Assembly (NCBI GenBank): GCA_013239625.1
Contig: MU054323.1
Span: 5,383,220-5,447,219 of the forward strand
Direction of reading: 5' to 3'
From: Lama guanicoe
Taxonomy: Eukaryota
Length of the DNA stretch: 64,000 nt
Both the position numbers and the translations under genes were made by a program. Each line of letters opens with the position of its first letter. Within the stretch, counting starts at the first letter, position 1. The notes beneath the pieces are model-generated. The model was not told the DNA's origin, did no database searches, and worked only from the letters and a program-made list of their open reading frames with translations. Shown here one piece after another: positions 40,212-54,626 of the stretch.

Positions 40212-43200
40212 CTCCTTCTGTGCCACAGTCTCCTGGCTGTTTGGCAGACAGTGTAGGTCCATAGCATGCACATGGAAAGAACATTTCATGTTATCATGCA
40301 GGGAGACAAGGGAGCATGGGTTAAAGGGCATGGGAACCGTCATCACTCAACTGCTCACAATACTTTGAGAACATGTAAAAGACAGAAAACTGGCCATATT
40401 TCCCCATTAATATACTCTGTCCACATTGGAAAAGCAGTCCTTCGTCCCACACAAATCTCCCCTTCCTTACATCTCCCCACTCACCATCCCCACCGAGCAT
40501 GCACTACCTGTTCTAAAGAGGCAGGAGCTACTGTCCTCAGAGGCTTCACTGAGGAGAAATGAAATCCTAGAGCAGCTGCTGCTGACTCCCCTACAGCAGA
40601 CCAACACACCTTAAGTCCAAAGTCAAAGTCCTGAAAGAGAGAGGAACTGCCGCATAAAAACAAGACCTTTGTAAATCATCCTAATTTTCCCCCACCCCGA
40701 TCTCTCCCTTCTTCTCTGTATCTCCCAGGTCCACACAAGGTCCCTGGCCCTCTTCATGTCTGTTGATTTGCAGGATTGAGTCACTGACCTGGGTATTACT
40801 TTGGGAAAGTTGCCATCCTCTGGCTACTTATAAGAGAGAGTATTTTTAAATTCTGACATTTGCTAATTAGAAAGTCAAGACCTTCAGATTTTTATAACAG
40901 GCTTCCAATCAATAAGTCAACACAGCAGAAAGGGGAGAGAGGGAGGGATGGATCATGAGAGCACATTCAATACCGCCGTGTTAGCACACTGTTTGTTATG
41001 TGTGGAATCTTCAGGTAGGCGGACATCTTGGACAATCCAGCCATGGGGCTTGGCCATCCATCCAAGATCCAGGAAGAAGCCCTTGGCCAAATTCCTGACC
41101 TGTTTGCAGGCCCAGTCACATTCTGCAGGGTTTGCCTGGCTAGTATCTCTTTCTCCTGTAAGTTCAGCACCACTTCCTCTAGAAATCTGTCCCAGATGCT
41201 TCCCTTTTAACATTTGAATAATGGCCGTTTGGAGGGAGAGGGCTGGGAGGACAGGAAAGATGATTAATTCCATATGGAGACACTGAGACACGTGGGCTTT
41301 GTGATTTCTATGGAAAACCAGGTGGTGAGAGGTAGTGCACAGGTGGTTCTCTCTGCTTGGATATAAGGGCAGAAGACTGGGTTCAGAAGCAACTGGGGAG
41401 CTCCCAGCACATGACCTGTCCTGAAGGCACTGCTGTGGGGGGGGCCCCAGGGAAGCCCAGGATTGGTGCATCCCCAGGCAGCCACGACGCAGAGGGGAGA
41501 TGCCCAACTCTCGAACTCAGAAGAAGGAGATTAAGTCAGAGCTCTATGTGAACAGTTTTCTGTAGGCCCAGATTAGTGATGCCAGGAAAATATGAATCAT
41601 CATTGCCATAATTACATTAATGTAACATTTCTGAGAATCCAGGGAAGTGCCCACATCCATGTTAAGCTTTCAGGCAATCAAAGACCGGATTTTTTTTTTA
41701 AGGCCTGAAAATGGTATTAATGTGTGAAAAACACTTTTTAAAAAACCACCGATATCTTGAGAACAGGTGAGAAGGACATTTCACCAGGCTGTCTACAGCT
41801 CACAGCTCCAGCCTGAGCACAGGCTTGTGAAGACACACAAGAAAGGTGCCTTTCTCCCTGAGGAATTAGCACCTGAATCATTCACTGCCTTCAAGTGTGG
41901 CACCTGCCATAGAAACAGTTCTCCCCTCGGCTGCCATAAAATGCCCACGTTCCCTTAGTGCTGATGTGCAGGTGAGAGGCCGAGGGAGCCCAAAACCCAG
42001 GTCTCCATTTAGTCCTGGTTATCACTAACCAACAATGGACCAGTGGATGGACCGAATCCAAACTACAACAGCCATCTCTCTGGGTGACTTGATATGTGCA
42101 TCTTCCATCATCTTTACAGCTTTCCTTGGAATTCAGGCTGGGATCATGATGCTAAGGGACCTCTTGTCCAGTGGAAGCAGGACTATAGTTTGTCCAAAAT
42201 AAAGCCATGGTCCAATTAGACGGAGGGAGGCCACGGAGGACTTGAGTTTCCTCCCCTCAATTTCCATTTATTTACATTTGAAGAGCCCTGCAGGCCCCCT
42301 GCTCTGAGTTCTGTTTCTGACAGTGCTATCAAAACCTGCTTTAGCTTTCTACATGCAGTTGGCCCACCTGTGGTTTTCCATGCTGCTCATTTCCCACGGT
42401 CCAGATGAAGGATTACCTCTCTCGTGACGGCTGACGGTGCCAATGAACTAACACCCCCTTGACACGCATGGGAGCCCTCCTAGACCCTTCCCCTGGCCTT
42501 CCATCCAGGTGCCACATATGTCCAAGAGGACAGTATCCTTGACACATCGCCCATAGCCAACGCCCCCCCCAGCTCAGAGCCCCATGCTTTCTTATCAGAA
42601 TATGAAATTTCTTTGTGTTTAGCTAATTCTTTCCGATCCTTCTCACATACAGAAGCAGAATGAGCTTTCTATAACATACATCTATAATATACATTCTTTA
42701 ACCCCACCATTGGCTTCCCATACATACAGGATCAAGTGCTAGCTCCTGCTCATGGCTTACAAGGCCCCCATGATCTGGTCCCTCCCTCCCTTGCCAGATG
42801 TAACCCTTGAGTAGGACAAAATGTGCCAGACAACTAAGGAGTTGGTTTATTACATCTATTGCAATAGGAAGAACAAATGAGGAAGATAACAAAGAAAAAG
42901 GAAGGGGCCTTGAATTTTATAATAGATGCAGGTAAACTAGGGAGTCATGGACAAGTCCTAAGGAAGTTATAAAGAAGAACTGAGATGGGTCTATCTAGGA
43001 ATATGTGAAGTCACGGTGGTGGTTTTTGTGGTTAGATTTTCTCGGAACACAGAAAGGTGGGGAGACCTCCTAACAGCCACTGTCTCCAGGAGCACAGGAC
43101 TCGGGTGAAGTTCAGCACTGTCACCCCATTTCACTCCACTCTGCTTGTCCTCCAACACAGACACACTCACCTGAGTCATTTTCACACCCCAGGGACAGAG

Positions 43201-43929
43201 CTCAACCTGCCCTCAATGAATGGAAAGCCCTTCTCTGTCTTCCATGACTAACCAGCTTTCAAGGTTCAGTTCAAGATTCAGTTCCCTTCTCCATAAAACC
43301 TTGATCAGGATCTACTTTGTCCAGTTGTTATAAGGATTAAATAGGGTGATGCCAGTAAGTTCCTTGCATGGGGCACCTGGCGAGTCTGAAGAAATACAGA
43401 TTTATGAACGCCTCTCCTGGCTGGGCCCTGCAGGCAGAGCTGCCTCCACTGTACCCCACTCAAATCATCTGTCTTCACTCCTGGGACACTGGGACTTGGT
43501 TGCTGCCATGAGCTCCTCCTCATGCTGTCTCTTCACACTTTTTACAAACCTTTATTAATCCTCACTGGGGCTGCAACAGTGGACAAGACAGTGCCACTGT
43601 CAGCCCGCAGGGAGAACACAGGCTATAGGTGAGTAAGTAAACAATGGCAGTGCCCGAGTGATGCAGGCACTAAGAAGCTAGGTGTGCCTGCTCTGGGGGA
43701 CAGAAGTAGACATCAGAACCTGACCAGGACTGGGTGCAGGTGGGCTTCTGGGAGGAAGTGATGGCCAAGCTTAGATGAGGGGACGACTGCTCAAATCATA
43801 ATTCATAAAAGATCTAAAAGATCTAAACACTGGAAGGGGAGAGGGAGGAAGGAGGGGGGAAAATGTCTCACTTCCACTTATGGCAAGAGAATTTGCCATA
43901 CCTTTCTTTGCCTTCCTAGTCCACACCAT

Positions 43930-43952
43930 GCACAGACACACACACACACACA

Positions 43953-43985
<33 letters not shown>

Positions 43986-43992
43986 ACACACA
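43930..43992. repeat. (CA)n microsatellite
   Basis: Visible directly in the sequence. Confidence 0.95.
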
Positions 43993-44904
43993 GGCACATG
44001 CAGACACTTCCCTCGTGGCTTATCTTTGTTCTGCCTGTAAGTGTCAAGGTGTGAAGAATGAACCTTTTATCCTACATTTTGGATGGATTGTCTGTGTTTG
44101 AATTTTTTGTTTAGGTGCTGATAGGAATCTAAGTCATTAACCTTGGTAAGCACCCCTTTAATTTTTTTTTTCCTTAGAAGGTAAGCAAGCCTAGAACTTT
44201 ACTTAGAAGAGCTGGGGGAAGAGAGTAAGGAGGTCACATGATAAGAACTCAATAAACATTTCCTTCCCTTGTTCCTGAGCCAAACCTTTTCAGCAGCAAG
44301 CGTAATGAAGTTTGTGCACTGTGCGTTTAGTAACACTGGTCAGGAAGACACCGGTGTTTTGGAGAGGCAACACACATGGGGATAAACTCCTGGGACTCCA
44401 GGGTGATGGGAGTGGGGCTTCCGGTGAGTAAGTGGGGGTGGGGCTCAGGGCCAAAGAAGGAGTGAGGGGTGGTCAACAAAGGCCCAAAACACCTCTCTGG
44501 GAGAACTGAATTCTTAAACCTCAGTTTCTCCAAGTCCTCACCCATCTTCCACATGGAGGGATTGCTAATGCCCTGTAGATGAGCCACTTAGTGATAACAC
44601 TCACAGTACCTGCGGTTGGCTGGGGCCATGGCTGTTACCAAGAGCCAGTCTCAGTTCCCATGGGACACCACCCTTACTCACGAAGAGCTCTCCACGTGCC
44701 CTGTTTCACAAGCCGTCCACCATCAGCCTCTGCAGACACACTGCGGGGATTCAGTACCAGCCCAGAAACTCCACTCACCATTAAGCTCAGGTCAGCCCAC
44801 TGGTCCATCATCTCTGCAAAAGGCAGTTCCACAGCCAGGGATGCACAGGGAATTGTTAAGGATCTATAAGGGAGGTGAGAAGAAAAAAAACAGTATAACA
44901 ACAA

Positions 44905-45080
44905 GATCAGCTTTATATTTTGCAGGGTCCAATGAAAAATGAGAACATGGGGTTTCTTGTTCAAAAATTTATGAGCAATTTCAAGATGGCAACAGCAGAG
45001 TATGAAACCAAGCCCAAGGGCCCTTCTGATCAGGGCCATGTTTGACCAGAGAGGCCACACACCCACTCAGCCAGCCCTGC
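44905..45080. mobile_element. MER45A-like hAT-Tip100 MITE
   Basis: aaaatgagaacatggggtttcttgttcaaaaat...aatttcaagatggcaacagcagag...gccagccctg. Confidence 0.75.
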
Positions 45081-45221
45081 TTAGAGCCATATAATCCAAA
45101 TTCCCTATTTTATAGGTGAGAAGACTGAAGCCCAGAAGTGGAAACCACCCTCTTGTTCCAGTCCCACGTCATCTTCATGCTGTCACAGGCCTCCACACAG
45201 GGTTTCCGTAGTCACGAACTA

Positions 45222-45430
45222 TTTATTTACCAGCTGTGTGACCCCAGGCAAGTTTCGTAAACTCTTTCTCCCTCAGTCTCCTCATCTTTAAAATGGGGGT
45301 AATGATAGTACAGACCTCAAAGATTAGTTGTTGGAATTGAATACAGTAAAGAAGCAGAGAGCTTATAACAGTACGTGGCCTACTGTAGCTCTCAATAAGT
45401 GACCGTAATTTTAAATATTGGTAATAACTG
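45222..45430 (+). mobile_element. MIR SINE
   Basis: ccagctgtgtgaccccaggcaagtt...cctcagtctcctcatctttaaaatgggggtaatgatagtac. Confidence 0.88.
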
Positions 45431-45654
45431 TAATAATGCAGTATTTCAGTAAGCCCCCCTTTGGTCTCCTTTGAGTCATCTTTTTGTTTCTGTATCAAAG
45501 GAGGGGACACTTTCTGAGGCCTCCCTTTGCCAACACTGACTCTGAGCATCTCAGGGTGGTCACAGATGCAGGAATTAGGACCGGAGTAGGTCAGCAGGCC
45601 CAGAAAAGGCTGGACTCTAAAAAGCTGGCTCCAGCAGCTCTGCTCCCGGGACTC

Positions 45655-46228
45655 TGTAGCATATACTCCCATCAAAGATGAGGCTGTCTTCAAAAAGAAT
45701 GAAGTCGTACCATTTGTGGCAACAGGGATGGACCTGGAGGGCATTAGGGTGAGTGAAATAAGCCAGACACATAAGGCAAACTACTGTATGGTCTCAGTTG
45801 TATGTGGAGTCTAAAATAATCAAACTCACAGAAGCAGAGAATAAAACGGCGCTTGCCAGGGGCTGGGAGGAGGAGGAAATGTGGAGATGAAGACTGCAGA
45901 ATGTGAAGTTTCAGTTACGTATGACAAAGAACTTCTGGAGAGCTAGTACACAGCACTGCGCCTACCTCTAACAAAACTGTACTGTACACTTAAAATCTGC
46001 CAAGAGGGTAGATCTTACGTTAAACATTCCTACCGCAAAATAATCATCGTAATTATAATAAAGGGGGTGGAAGGAGGCTTCAGGAGGTGATGGTTGTATT
46101 TCTGGCCTTGATAGTGGTATTGGTTTCACAGTTGTATACTTATTCCCAAACTCATCAAGTTGTAGACAATAAATATGTACAGCCTTTTATGTATCAGTCA
46201 TATCTCAATAAAGCGGTTTAAAAAAGTA
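45655..46228 (+). mobile_element. L1MA/MB-type 3' end
   Basis: atggacctggagggcattagggtgagtgaaataagccagacac...tatctcaataaagc. Confidence 0.9.
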
Positions 46229-46934
46229 AAGTTCCTAGAAGATTGGAAAAAAAAAAAGATTGACCTGAGCTGCATGAAGGAGGGTTCCTCAAACTTGTGT
46301 CAGCTCCATACAGCAGACCGTCCCAGTGTGCTTGCCAAAAGTTCAGGTGTCTAGATCCCAACACAGACCCAATAAATCAGAATCTCCCAAGGTGGGATCC
46401 AAGAAGCCATCCCTACAAGAACCTCTAGAAATTCTTATCTCTAAGAACCACTAAGGCCAGCTGCAGGTGCTCGGCCACCAGCAAGCCCTCTGGGGTACAA
46501 TGCCTGCGAGAGTGTGGTGTCCCCTTCACTCGTTTGGGCTGTCGAGCCCCGCGGTAATCTTGCATGGGCAGGGCACCCAGCAGGTGCCAATTAAAGCACG
46601 TTGGTTGGTTGTTGGATGGTTCGCTGCACACATCTCGTATCTAACACACAAGAAAGGCTGACTGCTGGGCCAGCTGGTCGGGCCACTCCATCTGGGCCCA
46701 GTCCAGGTGGACCCTAGCTGGGGTCCTGAGAGTGATGCAGGGAGGCTGAGCGTGTCACTGCACACAATGTCTTGCTCTTTGCAGCCTCCAACTGTGTGAC
46801 ATCTCTCCAAATTCTGGAATTTCCTCAACCTTCACAGCTTACTGCTAAAGCTTTTGAGTTGTATTAAAAAAAAAAAAAACAAGGGGCATTTCAAGCCTTT
46901 CTTCAAACAGATTTCAAAAGGATAAGGTGGTCAA

Positions 46935-47235
46935 AAGGAACAAACTAAAAAAGTACAAACTTCCAGTTATAAGATAAATAAGTTGTAGGGGTATAATGTA
47001 CAGCTTGGTGACTACAATTAACAATACTATTTTGTATATTTGTATGTTTCTTAAAAAAATAGATCTTAAAAGTTCTCAACACATACTCAAAAGGTGTCAC
47101 TAGGTGAGATGATGGATGTTAACTACATTTATTGTGGTGATCATTTCACAGTCTCTACATATATCAAATCATTATCCTGTGCCCTTAAGTACAATGTTAC
47201 ATGTCAGTTATATCTCAATAAAACCGAAAAAAAAA
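46935..47235 (+). mobile_element. L1MA-type 3' end
   Basis: gtacaaacttccagttataagataaataagt...gtcagttatatctcaataaaacc plus A tail. Confidence 0.88.
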
Positions 47236-48384
47236 GTCTTCTACCAGATGCACAAGATCATAAACTGGATTACTATGATGAGTTATTCTGGTGTTTCTTT
47301 TACCAACTACCCCAAGCAAATGGCAAATATTCCTCACTGTTCAAGGTAGCCTGCCTGGCCATTTCTATTTGTCACTCAGAGAAAGAGAGAAATCTATTTG
47401 AAACCAGGCTCTGGTCATTATGGGGGTGGCTGGGTGTTGCTTTATCATCCTACATTACGTCTTTCTCTCCCCAGCACCTAAATTTACTTCCTTTTAAAGC
47501 ACAAAGTTTTCCTTTTAGTTTTTACCTCTTTGTCCGAAATTAAAGCTGTCAGCCCTCTTTTTTTTTTGGCTGGAGTCTCTAATGGCCCCAGACTCTGCTC
47601 ATGGGATGCTATGTTTACAAGGAAAGCACAGGAGGATCATGGGGATGTTGCAGGATACCCTGCAGGGAAGGGTGCAGGGCTCTGAGGAAGTGAGATGGCC
47701 CCGGGCAGGGGGGACCTCCATGGGCTCTGGACACCTAGGTGCCTGCTTCAGGACACCTTGAGAGTTGACATCAACCCAGCAAGCCTCCTAGGAGCAGATC
47801 CAAGCTTGCTACTCAGTCTCAACACAGCCCCCTGTGTGGCCCAGAGCCACATCTAGAAGCCTATGCACTGCGTCCCTCAGCACCAAATTTCCCCTGTGGA
47901 CCATGGAGGCGGCCAACATATATATGTATGAAAACAAGCATAGTATGAGAGAAGAAAGACCACAGACCCACCTTCCCAAAAGCTTTGTTTTCATTTATTT
48001 TGGTTCATAGTGCTTCTTACCAAGTTTTGTTTGCTCGTTTGTTTTTTATATTTTTACCTATTGGCTTATACTACCACTATCATATAAGCTTTATGAGGGA
48101 AGGACTGTATTTGTTTTGTTCACACGTTAAGTACCATAAAACATATAGGTGTTTAAAATGTGATCGTTAAACGGATGTATAAAGGAATGGGCTTATATAA
48201 CCTCCCCAGTCTTGATGGACCCCCCCTCCCCCAAATGATATCATATGCTATCTAGTTGATATAGAATATTTAACAAGGACTTAGGGGATAAGGAAGTTTG
48301 TTGAAATTACTCTTTTAAAAAATCAAAATATACATAAGCCCATTACATTAATTGGTTATTCCAATAAAAGAGACAGGTAACAGT

Positions 48385-49184
48385 CAAAAAAAGTAACATA
48401 AGAACAAAAATAAATAAACATGACAACAAAAAACTCCTAGAAGAAAACATGGGTGGTAAGCTCCTTGACATCCAACTTGGTGAAGATTTTTTGGATTTGT
48501 CACTAAAAGCAAAGGCAACAAAAGCAAAAATGAGCAAATGGGTCTACATTAAACTAAAAAATGTCTCTGCACAGCAAAGGAAACCATTAACAAGATGAAA
48601 AGGCAACCTACTGAATGGGAGAACATATTTGCAAATCACATACCTGATTAGGGATTAATATCCAAAATACACAAAGAACTCATACAACTCAACAGCAAAA
48701 AAACAAACAATCTAATTTTAAAATGGGCAGAGAATCTGAAAAGACACTTTCCAAAGAAGAAATACATATGGCAACAGGTACACGAAAAGGTGCTCAACAT
48801 CACTAATTATCGTGGGAATGCATATTCAAACCACAAGATCACCTCACCCTGTTAGAATGGCTGTTATCAAACATACAAGAAATAACAAGTGTTGGTGAGG
48901 ATGTGGAGAGAAGGGAATTCCCATGCACTGCTGATGGGAATGTCAATTGGCATGGCCCCTACAGAAAACAGCATAGATGTTCTTCAAAAAAATAAAAATA
49001 GAACTACTGTGTGATCCAGCAATTCCACTCCTGGGTATTTATCTGAAGAAAACAGAAAACACCAACTTGAAAAGTTATAAGCATTCCCATGTTCATTGCA
49101 CAATTATTTACAGCAGCCAAGACATGGCAACAACCTAAGTGTCCACTGATTGATGAATGAATATAAACGAAAAGTGTTATGTGT

Positions 49185-49243
<59 letters not shown>

Positions 49244-49395
49244 TATTATGCAGCCATGATAAAGGAGGAAATCTTATCATTTGCAACCATACAAATCGAC
49301 TTTGGAGGCACTATGCTAAGTGAAATACGTCAGAGAGAGAGAGAGAAACTAATACCCCATGATGGCACTGATATGTGGAATCCAAAAAAAAAAAT
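48385..49395 (+). mobile_element. L1 ORF2 3' remnant
   Basis: aaactcctagaagaaaacat, aaaggcaacctactgaatgggagaa, gatccagcaattccactcctgggtatttatc. Confidence 0.93.
49184..49240. repeat. Compound (CA)n(GA)n microsatellite inside L1
   Basis: Visible directly in the sequence. Confidence 0.95.
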
Positions 49396-51624
49396 GCACA
49401 TGAGGGACAAGTGGCAATGCTCAGAACAAGAAGACACAAGGTCAAGGGAGATGTGCTGAATGTGGATAGGTCTTGGAAGGCGTTAGCTCCTAAGTCATTA
49501 ACTAAGAAGACACCCTGTCTTCTGGGAAGACTTCCTGACCCCACAGGCTGGGTGTCCACATAGCCTTGAAGACAACACCAATCGTGGCACTTGCCACAAG
49601 ATATTTTAACACCTGTGTACTTGCCCGTGCACTTTTGAAATAAAACTGTCATTTTATTTGTCTCTGAATCCTTGGGTTCTGGTACACAGTAGGTTCTCAT
49701 TAAGTGTTGGCTGAACAAATGTCTGAATAAATGAATGGCAGGCTTTTTTAGGTGGAAGGAATGGATTGAACAAAGGCTGGTGGGAAGGAACAGTCTAAGT
49801 AGACAGGGAGTGCCTGTTTGCTTGTTGCTAAAAAATGGAAGCTCTGGACAAGTCAAAGTTAGAGTGACAAACGGGCTTAAGTCAACAGTCTAAGCAAAGG
49901 GCTGCATTAAGAAACCATGCCTTCTAGGCTTCATTACGGCATAAAGGCATCGCTGCTTCCCAATAGTGTTGTGACAAAATGTACCCATTTCTCTGCCTCC
50001 CTCCCTGGGGCTTTCCCTACAGGTTGGAAGACAAGAGGGTTCCAGCCCCCGAGAGGGGAAGGAGGATCCCACTTCAGATAATGTGATTCTTGGACGCACG
50101 CATACACAGACGCTGGGCGAGCAAGAAGCACTACCCCAACGTCAGGTCAGGGATAGGCCGGCCACGGCACCAGCTCTGCCTCCTGCTCCCTCTTCCTCAC
50201 AGGATTTCCAGAAAAAACTCTAGTGCTTTCTAACAATAATCTAAACCAGAGGCATCTGCTTTCATCTTTCTCAGCTGAAAGGCCTTTTAAGCTCCCCACT
50301 GTTTGTTTTGGTTTATTACTGAAAGGCTAAAACCATAAAAAAAAATTATTGTTGTGGGTATTTTCCAGTTGAGATGAAATATTTAACAAGGGCGAGGTGG
50401 GGAGGAGGAAGTTTGCTGAAAATACCATTTTTTAAAGGTCAAAAAATGCATAAACCCATTACTTTAATATTGTTTGTTCCCACGAGAGACAAAGTGTTCA
50501 GAGCCCTCCCCCGCCACCTCCTCCCCCTAGAGTTCTGTGCACAAGCGCATGCACATTTCAGGTCCACCCTCGAGAGGCACAGCTCTGATCCTCTCACAGC
50601 TCCGCTTAGAAGCCTCCTTGGCTCCACCCAGCCAAGAAAAGGAGATCCAGTCTCCGGGCCCAGCACGAAAGCCCTCCCAGGATCTGGCCTGACCTAGTTG
50701 TGCACCCTGACTGCGCACAGGGTCCTCGCAGCCCTCTCCATTTCAGCCTGTCAGAAGGATACATCCCTGCACATATTTTCAATGTATGGTTTTACCTCTC
50801 TGTGTCATATTATCATGCCAGTCTCTGAAATTCTCTCCACGCCTCTCCCTTCTCATCCACGGTGACACATCAAAAGCCGACCCACGCCTTCCATACTTAG
50901 CACGATTTCACTTCCTCCAAGATGTCTCCCCATCACCCTAGTTAGAACCCTTGTGAAGGCAGGTGGCCATGCTGGGCATCTGCTCAGGGCTCAGCTCTAC
51001 TTTTCGGCCGTGAGTTTCCTAAGAGCAGGGGCCACGATCTGTATAACTTTGTGTCCCCCATCAAACACAATGCCTCCACGTAGCTAGTACTCTGTATGTA
51101 TTTTTTGAATGACTGAATTAATGAGGAAACGAACGAACCAACTCCTTCCTCTCTGCAGCATTTGCTCCACTATTTGTGCAAAAATTAAATTCTTAGAACA
51201 TGCCAAAGCATTCTACATAATGGATGCATCTTCTGATTGGATTATAATTAAAATAAGATTTTTTTTTCTTTTTTGGTAATAACATAGTTACCTCGATTGG
51301 CAGAAGGGAGATGGCAGATGTAATGGATAATTGATGAAGTTTGAATGTTGCCATAATGTATATCCTATTATGTTTCCTGTTTCAAAAGAGAGCTTCAGAG
51401 GAGCAGCCGAAGAACCTGCTGTTGAATCATCGTCCTCAAGTGTAGCCGGATTACACAGCATGAGAAAGCTGGAAAACTGAAAGAGCTGGCCAAGGAGGAG
51501 GGCGCAGAGCAGGAAGACCGTGGGGCAGAAAGAACGGGGGAGTTCATTAGGAGACTGGAAAGTGGCGTGAAGGTGGGTCCCAGGCAGTCTGAGAGGCAGG
51601 GGCTGCTCTGCACAGGTTCAAGAC

Positions 51625-51957
51625 CAGCCTCGTCCAGTACATTAGCCATCAAGCACGTGTGACTACTGAGCACTTGTGATGTGGGTAGTGTGAACTAAGA
51701 CATGTTGTAAGTACACACATCTTACTGTGAGATTTAGAATGAAAAAGAAAGAAGAATGTAAACTATCTCATAAATGATTTTCTATGTCAATTGCATGTTG
51801 AAGTGATAAAACACTGGATATATTGGGCTAAATAAAATATATTATTCACATTAAATTCAACTGTTTCTTTTTAGCTTTTTAATGTAGCCACTAGAAAATT
51901 TAAAATTACATATGGGGCTAGGATTTGTGGCTTGGACATTTCTATAGGACGGCATGG
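51625..51957. mobile_element. MER33 hAT-Charlie element
   Basis: MER33 body (actactgagcacttgtgatgtgg...tttaatgtagccactagaaaatttaaaattacatatg); degenerate 8-bp TSD ttcaagac / ctctagac. Confidence 0.88.
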
Positions 51958-52721
51958 CTCTAGACTAAGTTTTCTAAACTAAGTAGGATGTCAGTCTCCT
52001 CGCCCCCAAGAAAGAAAAAGAGCATCATTCATACTCAAAAAAAAAAAAAAAAAAGCAGGTGCCTGAGCCAGCTAGCTTCATGGTAGCAGGAGAGTCATTT
52101 TCTGGCCAGATGCTCATACAAATCTGTCCAGAGCTCCAAGGCCTGGGACTGCCATCTGAGTCTAAAGAGTAATAAATAAACAGTATGACTATTACCACGG
52201 CCTCAGGGTCACTGACCATCCTAAGCCCCAAACAGGAAAAGTGCCAGGAAGTATTTGTCATATTTGGATGTGGGAACAACAACAACAAACAACACAAACA
52301 AACAAAAAAGAGAGGTTCTTTAAAAAGAAGCTGTTATGCTTTAATTTGTATTTTTTTCTATCATTGCAGGGCTCATTCATATTAATGGTTTATTTAACCT
52401 GATTTCCTAAATGGGCTGAAAAGTATGGCTAAACTGATTCTTTATCAGCTTTGGGTACCATTCACTGTAATGATTGGGGCTAATTTCTTAAGGAGTCTTT
52501 GAAATCAATAATTTTGACCATCACTTTACTTCTTCAACCTGAGTAAACTAAGATGCGGTATAGCAATTTATCCAGGGCAGTGTGCAATCCTGGGCTGGTG
52601 GAGGTGGGGGTGGAGATGGGGACAATAATTTGAAAATGAATATTTCTAGTTTCAACAGAAATGTCTTTGCTGTAATGGACATAGCCCCTTGCTTAAATTA
52701 TGCTTATCCAAAAATCTTAGG

Positions 52722-52936
52722 TGGTATATTAGTTGTCTACTGCCGTGTAACAAGCTACCCCGTAACTTAGCAACTTAACACAAATTATTATCTCACAGGG
52801 TCAGGAATCCAGGTATGGTGGAGCCAGATCTTCCATCCCAAGGTCTCTCATGAGGCTGCAGTCAAGGTCAGCAAAGGCTGCAGTCATCTGAAATTTCGAC
52901 TAGGGCACAATCTGCTTCCACGCTCACTCATGTGGT
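52722..52936 (-). mobile_element. MLT1 (F/G-like) LTR fragment
   Basis: taacttagcaacttaa...ggtcaggaatccagg...tctcatgaggctgcagtcaag. Confidence 0.8.
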
Positions 52937-54375
52937 AAACACTTCCATGCATGTGTGTTGTGGAGACAAACTCTTACAAATATTGCTATCACCTTTTCCA
53001 TTAAACAGCCAAATGATTCACCCTGGATTTTTATCTGCTCACCACTCCTCTACCTTCTCTACCTGCTCCCACCCACTCCCAACACATATAGGTCTTTAAT
53101 CAAGGATAAATTTATTTTGCAAAAGGTTGTCAGCAGCTTATGCAGAACCAGCCTCCCTGGGTCACATGTAAGTTCTACCCCAAAATGGCTTGTAATGCAA
53201 TTCTTTGTGAGTTTTCACTTGCAATTGTACTAACAGATTAAAGATCAAAGAGGGAGCAGTCCCTTGCACAGCAGAATGCCACTGGCTTCTCAAAACTAAG
53301 CCATTAATCTCTCAATAGACAGGTGGGCACCCTTTTGCCAACCAATTCATTTCACCCAAGAGACCACCTGAAGAGCAACTGGACTGAGTGTAAAGTTACA
53401 GGTTTTGAAATAACAAGGAAAGGTAAAGCCTTTTAGGAAAGGATGTGCTTTATTTCCCCCATAATTTCCTGCTTGTTGAAGTTCATCAACCCCCGACCTC
53501 CACCAGCCAAGCCCCGTCAGGGTGGGCTGGGAAACTGCAGAGAGAAAAGCAATTGATGGTGGCAGCACCACTGAGAGCAGACGCTGTGCAGATGAGCATC
53601 TCACCTGGCAGGTGCAGCAGGAGGCAGCTGCTGCTCGTGGAGGTCTGGGGCTCCAGGATGTGTGCATGTCTCCCTCCTATCCTGCTGCCCCCACTCTGGC
53701 CCCTTTGCCCCATCACAAGGGGACTCCGGTCAACATTTTCACTCCCCTGCCCATGGCTGTACCATCACAATTGAGTTTCACTGCAAACCTCTTTTATATA
53801 TTGATTGGTTCCAAAACCTACCTATTATTTTTCCACCTAATTAGATAGCAGACCTGGCCATCACATGTAACCTTTCACTGATGACTCAGACACCAAATGC
53901 CCATGACTTCTAGACCACTCAGTGTGTGTCTGCTTGTTCCTGGTCAAAATGGTGCCAAATCTTTGTGCCTTTAAGTTCATGTACCATTTCCTATAGATTT
54001 GCTCTTTCTTCCCTCAAACCTAGGCTTTGACAGTCAGTTTTACATATGGTTAATCTACCGGACTGGAACTCCCTCCTGCATGCAAATCAAAGCACATACA
54101 TACACTCGCACTCCCCTCTAATGCAGTGCTTCTGATCCAATGTGGGCCGGGGGAGAAAAAATACAGAACAAAAAAATAATATCTATGCTTCTTATTAAAG
54201 ACCTCAAGGTCTGTCTCATGAGTTCAATGCATCATTTTTACCTGTATTATTAGTTTACAAAGATCCTGTTGAACAGCTTCGCTCCTAATAGCTACAAAAA
54301 ATTGTGAACTCTGGGTAAGTGATTAAATCTCAATTTCCCCCTTAACTTTTATACACATCTAATAGAAGTTGCTCT

Positions 54376-54419
<44 letters not shown>

Positions 54420-54424
54420 ATGTG
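54376..54424. repeat. (TG)n microsatellite
   Basis: Visible directly in the sequence. Confidence 0.95.
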
Positions 54425-54626
54425 CACTGTGTTTCCCCCACACATCCCCCACTCAATCATCTGATGTAGGAATACTGAAGATATTATTGACTGAATCATT
54501 CTTCTTTATTCCTTGCACCTGATCAGTCACCAAGTCCTTATAATACCACTTAAAATATTTCTCAAATCCATCTCCTCTAATGCATCCCATGGGCTACCGC
54601 TACATACAGTAGTTTGCTAGGGTTGC

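Noticed and set aside
40953..41507. 184-aa ORF, and other long ORFs at 17339, 45223, 47094 and 49311
   Set aside because: No recognisable domain; several overlap L1/L2/MIR sequence; lengths are compatible with chance.
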